A DNA stretch of 64,000 nucleotides. Source: Camelus dromedarius. Taxonomy: Eukaryota. The notes below the pieces were generated by a model. That model did not search any database. It saw nothing but the letters and a program-made list of their open reading frames with translations, and was not told the DNA's origin. Numbering within the stretch: position 1 is the stretch's first letter; each line of letters opens with the position of its first letter. Below are positions 53,019 through 64,000 of the stretch, one piece after another. The stretch is taken from positions 14,076,001 through 14,140,000 of the forward strand of contig NC_087438.1 of the NCBI RefSeq assembly GCF_036321535.1, written 5' to 3'. The position numbers were made by a program, and so were the translations under genes.

Positions 53019-55717
53019 CTAATGGAAAGAGAGAAAATTATATACATTACAAAGCATGGAAGTTTTAAGTATTTGCTCTAGATGCAAATTATACTGTTTT
53101 GCAGCATGATGCTGACAGGCAAAGAATATATACGTGCTGATTCTTTTGGAAATAAACACAAACATACACACACAGAGTTATGTGTAAGCCTGCACACTGC
53201 ACACACTTTTACATGGACCTACCTATCTGTATTGCTAATTCTCAATTATATATATATATGTATAAATTTATACATATTTATACATAAATTTATACATATA
53301 TATAAAACTGATATAAAATATATATTTATGATGATATCTATTTATGATATAAATATATATATATCTTTGAAACAACAGAAACGCAGCCTTGGGGAGTGGT
53401 GAAATGCTCAAACATTGACCATAAGTATGTTCCTGTGCCTGAGCTAGTATGAAGCTCTCACAATGTGATCTATTAGGGACTCCAGGCTAAGTGCAAACTT
53501 CTTGTTTGTTTTTGTGTTTATTCTGTTCTCATTAGACGTGATACAAATTTACCACACATACTGCACATCAATTACCTACTACATACGACTCTCTGAACTT
53601 CAACAAAATTCTCCCTAGGGCTGAACATTTTTCACAAATCATCACAGCAACCAAATAGCTACTTAAATTATTTAGAAAGTAAAACAGAAGAAAAAAACAA
53701 CAGGAGAGTGGATGGCTGAAAAAATGTATGCAACTGAAAGTTATTCCACGTTTGGGGATCAGATTGGCACAAGTGAACATGAGTAAGAATATTAATGGAC
53801 TAAATCATGGTCTCCATGGATTTTAATAGGACTGCAGGTACTGCTCTAGGATGTGGTCCTCACCTCTAAGCAAGACAGATTCACCTTGGGAATGACACTG
53901 CACAGAATTCCAGCAGCTTTGCAAAGAAAGGTATAAGGAAGAAAATGATGGTGGCAAAAAGAACAGAGAGGAAAATACTTTGAAAATAAAAAATGCTGGG
54001 GACATGGACTTGGATTTTATAAAGCAGAGCTTGAAAAACATTTCTGGAAGACAAAAGACAGGATTTGAGAGAGAAAATGTTGAGTGAAATTACGAGCTTA
54101 TTGAAATCACATAAAACCATGTAGCAAGTTGTGCTGTATTTTAATATATGCATGTTTCAGTTTATAATTTTGGAAAAATTATATTGATTCAAGATTATAG
54201 CTGCTCCATCTAGTAAAAAAAATTAGATGAATCACTTTCTCATTCCATAAAATTCATCCCTGTAAATCAGCACAAACCAAATTGTAGATCTAAATGAATT
54301 ACAAGATGTTGAAATGCCAATATAAATTATTTTAAAAACTGAATATAATCAGTCACACTATAAATTTTTTATTCAACAGAGAAACATGTTCATACTAAGC
54401 AGGGGATAAAAAAAATCACAAGACCCAGAATAAGGAGCTTTTCTCTATCAGTATCGCTCCTCATAAATTAGGATTAATAATAATTCTTTCTTCACCAGTT
54501 GTGCAAAAATTATATCAGATTTGAATTGGGTTTTCATTTTAATGACCTGGCAAATAGAAATAGAAATTTATAATATTTTTTGAAAGCAAAGATCCACTTT
54601 TGATTGATTTAAACTAACAATGAATCAAAAACTCTTCTAACACAAAAAAAGAACAATACCATTCTAGATATAACATGGTAATAGCAATCGAAAGAAAGAA
54701 AATAGAGATTTCTTTCTTTTTTTGGCCATTTATTTACAATATGCACTTAGGTGAAACATCTATTTTTGAGTCTCAGTTTTCTCATTTACTAAAATGTGTG
54801 ACTGAATAATTGCTTTTAACATTCTTTCCAGTATAATAAATTATTCGGATTTTTTAAAAAAGTTTCTTTTCTCTTTTAATCAAAAGATTCCTAACTTTCA
54901 AGTCACCGATTTCAATTAAAAAAAAGTCTTTAAATAGACTTTCTTCTTAGAAGTCAAATTGATGGATATATAGAAGGTGTTGTTATCTTAATACCTTCAC
55001 ACCATTTGGTGTGATTTTTAAATGAAATTAACATCTTTGCCCTTCATGTCAAGTTGTTTAACAAAGCATAATTCATGAGCAGAAGGTGAAGAAAGTGGCC
55101 TTTGTAATGCATTACAGGTACGTAGACTGCTTTCTTTACAATAGTGATCTTGCGCAGTGTCCCCAAAATACATAAATGCATTGTATGTTTATGAACCTCT
55201 ATTATGACAATTATGAAAATTGGTAAGTAGGCTCCATGGAATGAAGGACTGAACGTAAACATCACTACTGTACACTTGAAAGTAATTTCATTTACTATAG
55301 AATGAGAGGACAGAAGTCCAAGTGTGAAAACTGCTCTATTTAAAGAAATCCATCCCTGTACAGATTAGAAAGAATTAACATGAAAATGATAATAAAATAA
55401 ACCACTGGTTGAGAATAACACAATAGAAATATATTGTAGACATTTGCTATTTTTTGACTAAGTAGCATTCAAACACCCTTCCTGCCTTCCTAAAACACTC
55501 CCATATATTAATTCTGATAAACAGAGCCCTGAATTTTACCTCAAAACAGTGATACTTCCTTCTAACCTTCTAACCTTAGAACTTGCACCAGTGACATGTG
55601 CATGTTAATTGTAGGCTCCCGCACCCTGGAGCAGATGATGGATAGATGTATTAAGATTCAATAATATCGTCAGATTTACTCCAAATGTATTGCTTGTAAC
55701 TTGGGCCTTTGACTGGA

Positions 55718-55892
55718 TTTTCTTTCCTTTCCTTTCCTTTCCTCGTTCCTTTTCTTTTCTCTTTTCTTTTCTTTTCTCTTCTCTTTTCTTCTTCCTTCCT
55801 TCTCTCCCTCCCTCCTTTCTTCCTTTCTTTCTTTCTCTTTCTTCCTTTCTTCCTTCCTTCCTTCCTTCCTTCCTTCCTTCCTTCCTTCCTTC

Positions 55893-55959
<67 letters not shown>

Positions 55960-56035
55960 TTTCTTTCCTTCTTTCCTTCTTTCTTTCCTTCTTTCTTTCC
56001 CTTTCCTCACTCCCTCCCTTCCCTCCTTCTTCACC
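55718..56035. repeat. Compound polypyrimidine microsatellite (TTTCC/TTTTC/TTCC/TTTC), ~320 bp
   Basis: Almost pure C/T on the plus strand; it accounts for the spurious low-complexity ORFs at 55651-56073. Confidence 0.97.
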
Positions 56036-56285
56036 TTTATTGTGGTATGATTCCTGTAGAGTAAACTACACATATTTCAGATGTACAATTTGATGAATTT
56101 TGATAAATGCACATACCAGTGAAACCACCACAATTAAGATAGCTAACATTTCCATCACTCCCCAAGAGGTGCAAATTTTGAATTCCCAATTTATCCCTCC
56201 CCACCCCTTTTACCCCCTGGTAACTGTAAGTTTGCACTCTTTGTCTGTGAGTCTTTTTCTGTTTTGTAGACAAGTTCTTACCAAT
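56036..56285 (-). mobile_element. Two adjacent minus-strand L1 3' fragments (old L1M-type, then camelid-type)
   Basis: tttattgtggtatgatt...aacatttccatcactccc, followed by cccaatttatccctcccacc...ctggtaac...tctgttttgtagacaagttc, the reverse of the 3'UTR at ~4160-4260. Confidence 0.75.
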
Positions 56286-57893
56286 TCATTCTTAATTTGT
56301 AAACCTGGGAATCTAATGAAGTCTAGGGAATGCCTTCTGTTTGCTTTTTTAAGAAAGAAGCGTCCTTTGCTCTTTTTTCTTATTTTGAAAATGTCTTTGT
56401 AAAACATACTCTGTCAATTTTATTTCATGAATTTATCTTCCCATGTGTGGGGTTATGTAAGATATTACTTCACGTGTTTGAAAAGCCTGGAATTGTAATT
56501 GCTACCAACTTCTAAACTTTAGCATTATATATTATCAGTAAGAATTTATCTGACTTTGCATAGAGCAAGCTTAGCTTAAATAGAAAGTGTCAAAAGGAGA
56601 TAAACTATAACGGGTAGTTCATATTTTTGGAATTACTTTCATTTTAGATATGTAAGGACATCTTGTGTGGAAAAATACATGTTAAGCATAGTGTCCACAC
56701 AGAAGCGGGTCTTCCCAACTGCCAGAACTGTAAACCCATTGGATGAGAAGTTTATCTTTCATTAGAGGGTGACCCAACCTGAAAATGATGTAACTTCATT
56801 TTTCTATGATCAATTATGAAAATCTATCATGCTGTCAGGTAGATTTAAATATAAGAAAATGTATCTTATGTTTGAATTCTGGAATACTTATATAAAGTTA
56901 AAGTCATAAATACAGAAGAAAAGCCATTTTTCAGTTCAATAAAAATATTTACTACTATCTTTCTGTGTGTATGTGTGTATGTATGTTTATGTGCAGATAT
57001 GTATGTATGCATCCATGTATTTTCTTACCTACATACCTACCCTCAGGATGTTGTGTTCTAAAACCTAAAATTAATCTTTTGGGTTGGTGTTAGCAGGTAT
57101 AACACCTATTGCTGGTAAGATGCATTCTCAGGTATATATATAACCCTGGAACTAGGGTGTCCATCATTTTCAAATTCAGTGATAAATAAAATCAGTATCA
57201 CTCTCTGGTTCTAAATCTAATTCTTACTCAGTTTCCTATGATATTGGCTTCAGAATTTTTATTTTACCTTCCTGTCCTCTAATTTCAATTTTATTATTTT
57301 CTCTATTGGTATTTTATTCTCTCTTAATTGAAAGTGAAATTTATCTGATTAATAATTAATTTTACTCTTCTCCATCAGTGTCAGTTAGGTTAAATAGCTC
57401 TTGCTTACCATCAAAATGCAAATACTCATAAACTGCTTCACCTAAATTAGTTACAAGTTTTATTTTCAGGTTGACTCCCAAATCAATATTTTCTATTTCA
57501 ATCTGACCAATTCAGGATATTTTCATAGTCCAAAGATTTGAACAAAATCAATTGCATTTACTTTAAACATACATATTTATTATACATTTAAATATAATAT
57601 ATAAAATATAATATATTTTAAATTATATTAAAATGTGACTCTTTAAAATATAATAAAAATCTAAATAACAAATAAATAAAGATGTATTAACTTTTACATA
57701 GTGTTTTTCTGTTGGAAATATTAAATTTCACAGAGACAGTGATAAAAACACTACACATGTACTTGCAGGCATCACTTCCTGGCATGGCTCATTCAACTCT
57801 GTTTGCCTTAAGAGCCTTACTTTCCAAACTCCATTTAAGAAAACCTATCCTCTGAGGCCTGGGCTAAAGGGTGTTTCTTTACAAAGATTTCTC

Positions 57894-58385
57894 TGTTCAG
57901 GGAGACAATTCTCTTTGTGTCTTTTGTGTTTCTGCACATCTTCTGAGCGAGAGGTACTGACAGCTTTTTTCATGCTACCTTTTCAAGCATGTTTGTATGG
58001 CAAACAGCTTTAGAAGAAAGAGGTAGAATCTCCTTTTGAGGAAGAGGGTAGATTTGCTTTCTGACTGGATTATAAAGATAATGTCTTTTTTTCCAGGGAA
58101 AAGGTTAGAGAGGTGTGCCAGCAGACACCAGACTCCAACATTCAGGGTTCCCAAGCTGGGACCCAAAAATACTATGTGTGCAGCATACACCTGGGCTGCT
58201 TTATGTTCCCCATGGGAGGTGAGGAGCAAAGGAAACTGAGGCTGCCTGCGGTGCAATGAATAATAAAATCTTTTGTCCCTGATCCAGAGTTTTGTGTCTT
58301 CTGCCAGCATCTATAAAACTGCAGCAACCTGACTTATTAGCTTGAAATGTAAGGTCAAATCTCAAACTCTTCACTTGAAAGTCTG
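57894..58385 (+). mobile_element. LTR40-like ERVL LTR
   Basis: gggagacaattctc...tttctgcacatctt...gaggtactgac...tttcaagcatgtttgtatggcaaacagc...aataaaatcttttgtccctga. Confidence 0.7.
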
Positions 58386-59149
58386 GGTGTCACAGTCAAT
58401 GTAATTGCTTGCTCCTCAGAAGTACTATAACATCTAATTCTTTCTTACCTTTGCAGACCAACATTCTAATTTTTTAATATAGGTGCTATTTATTTTTGCC
58501 TTTTGTGTCAGATTTTTTTTTAGAGTTCTCACACCATGTCTTATTTTCCATCTCCTGTAGTGGCTGGTTAAGTGCCTTCATATTGTAGCCCGTAAGTAAT
58601 TATTTGTTGATAAATAAATGAGAAACTGACAAATTCATTCAGGGCTTGCACAGCAACAGTGGTGTTAAAATACCAAGTTTCAACTTGGAACATTTAACTG
58701 TGAGAATGTGTTACTAAAACAAAACAAAACAAAACAAAAAACTTTTTAAAAGCATGCTTTGATGTTGTTAACATTATACTTTGTTTTTTTACTCAAAAGC
58801 CTGTCACAACCAAAGACGTATAATAATGGATAACAAAGTTACATTTCATCAATAAAATTCTGCTTTCTTACTGAATTTGTTTTAACACAGTGGAAATTAA
58901 GGAAGCCATTGAAATATTAAGCCAAATTTGCACAAGTAAACTTTGCAAAGGCATATACTGTATGTCATTATGAGTAATACTTTATTCACTATATATATAT
59001 ATAGATCAAAATGTGTGTATGAACATTCCTACTATGTTGGCTAAAATTATATCTTTATGGAAAGAAAACAGAGACCATTCTTATTATCAGTATTCCACCA
59101 TCTAAGATGTATTCCATTATTTTTAAATTAATGCAAACATGCTTACATG

Positions 59150-59234
59150 GAGTTGAGCTTTGTTTTAATAGTTCATATATTCTTGAAATAGTTTTACAAG
59201 AGTTGAGCTTTGTTTTAATAGTTCATATATTCTT
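59150..59234. repeat. Perfect 35-bp direct repeat with a 15-bp spacer
   Basis: GAGTTGAGCTTTGTTTTAATAGTTCATATATTCTT at 59150-59184 and 59200-59234. Confidence 0.95.
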
Positions 59235-59551
59235 ACACATATAAGTAGGAAGGGCCATGTCCTGAAAGTACATGCATACATAAGATAATATTCACAATAT
59301 GTTTTATTTGGCTACAACAGCTAATACCAGAGAATTACTCCCAGTTTTCATGTTGCTGATTCTAATCTTCACAATGTCTAGTGGCCATTATTCAAAAATT
59401 TAGAAAATGAAAATAGAAGAAGAAAATGATGGTATCAGGTGCAATGTTTCCCCACCTGTATCTGTCAGAGTGATGTAGATTTTGAATTTCTTCACGTCTT
59501 CCAGAAGTATTTGCACTTTTCACACTATTTTTGTGTTTTATGTTTCTGTTT

Positions 59552-59578
59552 TGTGTGTGTGTGTGTGTGTGTGTGTGT
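59552..59578. repeat. (TG)n microsatellite
   Basis: Direct reading of the sequence. Confidence 0.9.
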
Positions 59579-59689
59579 ATTTCACATGATAGAATTTTAT
59601 AAAATTAATTTTAAAATAATTATTTGGTTTGATTTAAAATATTTTTGAAAATACTAAAAGAGTCCTTCTTAGTGGCCTCACGGTCTTAT

Positions 59690-60125
59690 ATTAAACATAA
59701 GTCTCTGTACCCTACTTTCCCAGAATAAAGAGTACACTTCCTGGCCTCACTTGTGGCTGAGTATGGCCCCATTCCTAAATTCTAGCCAATAGAATATAAG
59801 CAGAAGTACTGTTAACTTTCCAGGAAATTCCCCTGGAAGACTGTTGGCCTGTGTCTGATCTATTCTTCCCCTCCCCCCATCTAGCCACTAGAATCCTGAA
59901 TGTGATGGCTGGAGCTCCCTTTTGGACCATGAGAATCAGAGTCATAGCCTGGAGACAGACGAACCAAGCATCTTTATCCCAGAGAATACTGTAGAGCAGA
60001 GCTGCGTATGAGCCCTGGACTGCCTTCCCCTGAGCTCAGTTAAGAGAGAAAATATTTCAGTTCTTGTAAAGCCACAGCTGTTTCATGTATCTGGTACTGT
60101 GAGCTGACCGTAACCCTAATTTAAC
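59690..60125 (+). mobile_element. MLT1-type (MLT1I/J/K-like) MaLR LTR
   Basis: ttctagccaatagaatataagcagaagt...tgtgatggctggagctc...ttggaccatgag...cttgtaaagccac. Confidence 0.65.
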
Positions 60126-60404
60126 AACCATTGAGCTGAAACAGTATATTTCTCCATGGCTTTTGATTTGAAAGAGGGTTCCAGGAAATAAAGTGCAGAG
60201 GAAGGGAACAAAGGAAAGGAAGATCAGAATAAAACACGAAGAGATGATGGATGAGTGTCTATTCTGAATTCCAGACAATTCATTTTTGGTGACAATCTTC
60301 TCTGCAGCTTTTGTCATAAATATGAAAATGTACAGGCCTTTCTTTTCTCTCACTTTTTCCTCTGAAGTCAAAAGCCATATCTTATACCATACCTGTGTCT
60401 CCCC

Positions 60405-60406
<2 letters not shown>

Positions 60407-60454
<48 letters not shown>
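60407..60454. repeat. (CA)n microsatellite
   Basis: About 24 uninterrupted AC units. Confidence 0.95.
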
Positions 60455-60456
<2 letters not shown>

Positions 60457-60895
60457 CACTACACAGTGAAGACAGAAGGGGTGATGCTTGTCCAAAGGTC
60501 TCCCTCAGTGCCCCTCCCTTTGAAATCTACCCTCTAACTGTCTTTTGTCTCTTCCCCCACTGCTTGAAATTCCTTCATGTCTTTGCTTCATCTGCAGAAT
60601 AGAATAAAAAACTCTCACATGAAGTTTATGGCTTTTCAACATTTGGCGCCTTTCCACTTCCCCTCTCATCCTTAGTGTCCGCCCTGGAAACCCCGTGACC
60701 CACTCGTACTGCATCACCCTCGCGGTCTCCCAACTATGCTGTGCTCTTGCTAGTCCTTATGTGTCTGTATAAGCTGTTTCTCCTGAGTGAAAAGCCCATT
60801 ATTCTGCTTTAATAACCAGTGAATCACCAGTTCCCCAAGTGAGTTTTCACAGACCATTACTCTGTTCCCAAGGTCCCCGTTTTCCCTACTGTCAT

Positions 60896-61491
60896 GAAGG
60901 AGTTCAGAACACGCTGCCCCAAAATACACCACTCTGGCATATAGATTAAGTTAAAGGCACTTGAAAAAACATCAAATTCTAGAAGGGCACTCTGACCTTC
61001 CTAAAAGTGGGAGATAAAACTTCCATGCAAGAGATGGCCTCCTTACTCTAGAAAGAAACATTCTTATTACCAAAGATGGGAAGTCAAGACAGAGAAATCT
61101 GCACAAAGAAACCTTACTTAATTAACTCCTATTTTTCTAGTTACTTCTCTACCTGATTAAGTCACCCAAGCCCCTTTGCCTTGTCATTTTTTCACAACTT
61201 ACTACTCTTTGTCCAACTCAGTGTAGAAGTGTCTGGATCTTCTGTATGTACAATTGAATCACTTTGCTGTACACCTGAAACTAACACTGTAAATCAACTA
61301 CACTTCAATAATGTTTTTTTTAAAGTGCCTGGCTCAAACTGCTTCTTCCAGTCTTAATTTCCTTCAGAGGATCCCACGTCACATAAAACTTACATTAAAT
61401 AAATGTGTACGCTTTTTTCTTGTTACTTGGTGTCAATATGGGAGCCCAGTCAAGAACCTAAAAGGTAAAAGATAGTTTTTCTTCCCCTATA
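60896..61491 (+). mobile_element. MER34-like ERV1 LTR with a nested ~80-bp L1 tail
   Basis: tgaaggagttcagaacacgctgccccaaaatacaccactctggcata...gtcacataaaacttacattaaataaatgtgtacgcttt...tttcttcccctata; L1 tail at 61240-61322. Confidence 0.75.
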
Positions 61492-62896
61492 GTAATATTT
61501 ATCACATGACATGCATTTCCTTGTCTGCCTTCTAAAGAAGACTATAACCTCCTGCCAGGTTATAACTTCAGTCTCTATGTCTTGAATGATTAGCATAATC
61601 TGGCGCACACGGTCAAGACTCAGTTGAATGAACAAACAAAACCAGACTGTGCTTGTATCAGTTTTGAGTGTCCCATTTTCTTATATGTAAAGTAGGTTTA
61701 ATAACCTCATGAAAGCTCTATAGGGATTAATCAAAGTTATGGAGACAGTCAAGAGTATCTGACGACTCAGTTAAAATCAACCACCACTGCTGGGAAAATA
61801 AAGTATGTCTCTAAAAGTAAGAGTAGCATGCTCTTTACATGAAATCATATGTTATATGCATTACTTGTATGTATTATTGCAATTATTTCCTATGATCCAG
61901 ATAACAACAAAGTATTTTAATTATAATTTGGACTTTATATTTTTTGGAAAGACATTAAAGCTTGTTGGCTTAATTAAAATATAATATATAACATCTTGAT
62001 TCTTATTTGTAAGAAAATAAAATGTTAATTTTTTTAGCATACCATATATATGCCAAAATTTCATGTAAAACATGGAGTCACACCAACTTTTAATTAAAAC
62101 TGTTATAGAGAGTTTTCTTAGAAAATATAAATCTATAGGAGCCATAACATTGTTTAACTATGAGAAATCACACTTCTGAATTTTAATTAATGAGAAAATG
62201 TGATAAAATGTCCCACACAGGAAAAAGCACGTGGTGCTTTTATACGTATACATAAACTTTTATGTTCAAGTGCTGTGATAATTAATAGAACTTTATATTT
62301 CTATTCAGGTTCAAATTCACCTTCCACCATCACAATCATACTCTTACCAATATAGCCAATTCTTACATCACACTGTAAGCCTACTAGGTGACATTTTTAA
62401 CCCCAATGTTCAAAATGTAATCTGCATGGTGACGACAGTCAAACAGATCCGCACACTGGTGTCACCAGAGATTCATAATCTCCAACCTTGAATGGTTCTC
62501 AGGGTTCCTTTATCCTATTGCATGCCATCAACCATGGTATCTGTACAACTTTTCTAATTGTAACCCATCTGTCAATTTTCATAATCTACGCTTAAACTGC
62601 TTAACAGATCAAGAGAACATTTTATCATAAGCCATACCCCTATAAAACTCTATACCCCACATGCTTAATAATTATAGTAATTTGAACACACAATGCTCAC
62701 TCACGTACTTTTGGGTACTCTAATAAGTTAGCCCTTAAAATTTTTATCCTCACCCTTCAAACACAAGCACAATTGACTCTAAGCCTCCCCAGATTGCAAT
62801 CCCCACCACCCTACATGAGTCAGGCATTTACTCTTCTGCACACACATGACACATTGTAAACTGTATTTTTTTGTGTGTGTACTATAAAATTTTATC

Positions 62897-63503
62897 CAGC
62901 ACTGTATACAATAGCCAAGACATGAAAGCAACCAAAATGTCCATCAATAGATGACTGGATAAAGAAGTTGTGGTATATTTACACAATGGAATACTACTCA
63001 GTGATAAAATTGAATAAGACAATGCCATTTGCAGCAACATGGATGGACCCAGACATCATCATTCTAAGTGAAGTGAGCCAGAAACAGAAAGAAAAATACC
63101 ATATGATATCACTTATATGTGGAATCTAAAAAAAAAAAAAAAAAGGAAAAAGAAAAGTAAAAAGAGGACACCAATGAACTCATTTACAAAACAGAAACAA
63201 ACTCAGAGACATAGTAAATAATCTTTTTGTTATCGGGGGAAAGGGGATGGGAAGGGATAAATGATAAATTAAGGAGTTTGAGATTTGCAAATGTTAACCA
63301 CTACATATAAAAATAGACAAAAAAACAAATTTCTTCTGCATAACATAGGGAACTATATTCAATATCTTGTAAAATCTTTAATGAAAAAGAATACAAAAAT
63401 GAATATATGTATATATATGCATGACTGGGACAATATGCTGTGCACTGGAAATTGACACATTGTAACTGATTATGCTTCAATAAAAAAACAAAAACAAAAA
63501 CAG
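62897..63503 (+). mobile_element. Young 5'-truncated L1 3' end (camelid-type)
   Basis: cagcactgtatacaatagccaagacat...gaaattgacacattgtaactga...aataaa plus an A-tail. Imperfect TSD AAA(T/C)TTTATC at 62887-62896 and 63504-63513. Confidence 0.92.
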
Positions 63504-64000
63504 AAACTTTATCACATTTTTTTGTTTTCTTAACCTAGAATGTGAACTTCATAAAAACAAGATGTATATCCTCTGTCATTTCTCAAATACTAGTAGTAGA
63601 GTGGGCATAAAGAAATATCCTTTAAATAAATTTCTGAATCATCTAATAATAAACATAAACTTAATCTGTTACATAGGTAAAATTAATTGCCTAAATGATC
63701 TAAAATGCAATTGAGGCTTTCAATGAAAATTGAATTCTGAAATGGTTTGATGATACAGTCAATGGTGCCGATATGAACCAAACTACTGTGGATGCAACAC
63801 TGCAGGCATATTTGCTGCCTCTTTGTTCTGTACACAATAAAAATTTTAAAATCAAATTCCAATATATGCAAGTATTGTACTGCAGTTTTGCAGGATAGCA
63901 AGATTTAAAAAATGGAAATGAAAGCAGTCCATAAAGTAACCAGAGACTGATGAGAGAAATAGAACATATGTAAATAACACAAATTCCACATTGCTATGAA

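Noticed and set aside
55651..56073. Lys/Glu/Arg-rich and Phe/Leu/Ser-rich ORFs
   Set aside because: These are translations of the TTCC/TTTC microsatellite.
59150..59234. CRISPR-like repeat-spacer-repeat
   Set aside because: Only two units, a 15-bp spacer, no cas genes and a mammalian context.

Overview
This is AT-rich, repeat-dense mammalian genomic DNA, not prokaryotic. The only supportable protein-coding sequence is one minus-strand exon of the type II classical cadherin gene CDH18. The exon spans 53018-52535: 256 nt of 5'UTR plus 228 nt (76 codons) encoding the signal peptide, the pro-region with an RPKR furin site and the start of EC1 (GWVWNQFFV). The rest of the window is inferred to be the two flanking introns. 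They are filled with L1 (including a near full-length ancient L1MD-like copy with a younger L1 nested in it), L2, MIR, LTR remnants, hAT-type MER elements and microsatellites. A tRNA-derived SINE resembling camelid Vic-1 and the style of the young L1 3' ends suggest a camelid genome. The most notable observations are: a chain of upstream ORFs in the CDH18 leader whose last stop overlaps the main ATG; an intact solo LTR with a 6-bp TSD and a 15-bp x4 repeat; a triplicated AP-1 motif in an old LTR; an L1 fragment with twin-priming inversion geometry; and a ~170-bp palindrome inside a MIR. I found no evidence for a wholly new biological system. Repeat family names come from recalled consensus sequences rather than a database search, and boundaries without a TSD are approximate.
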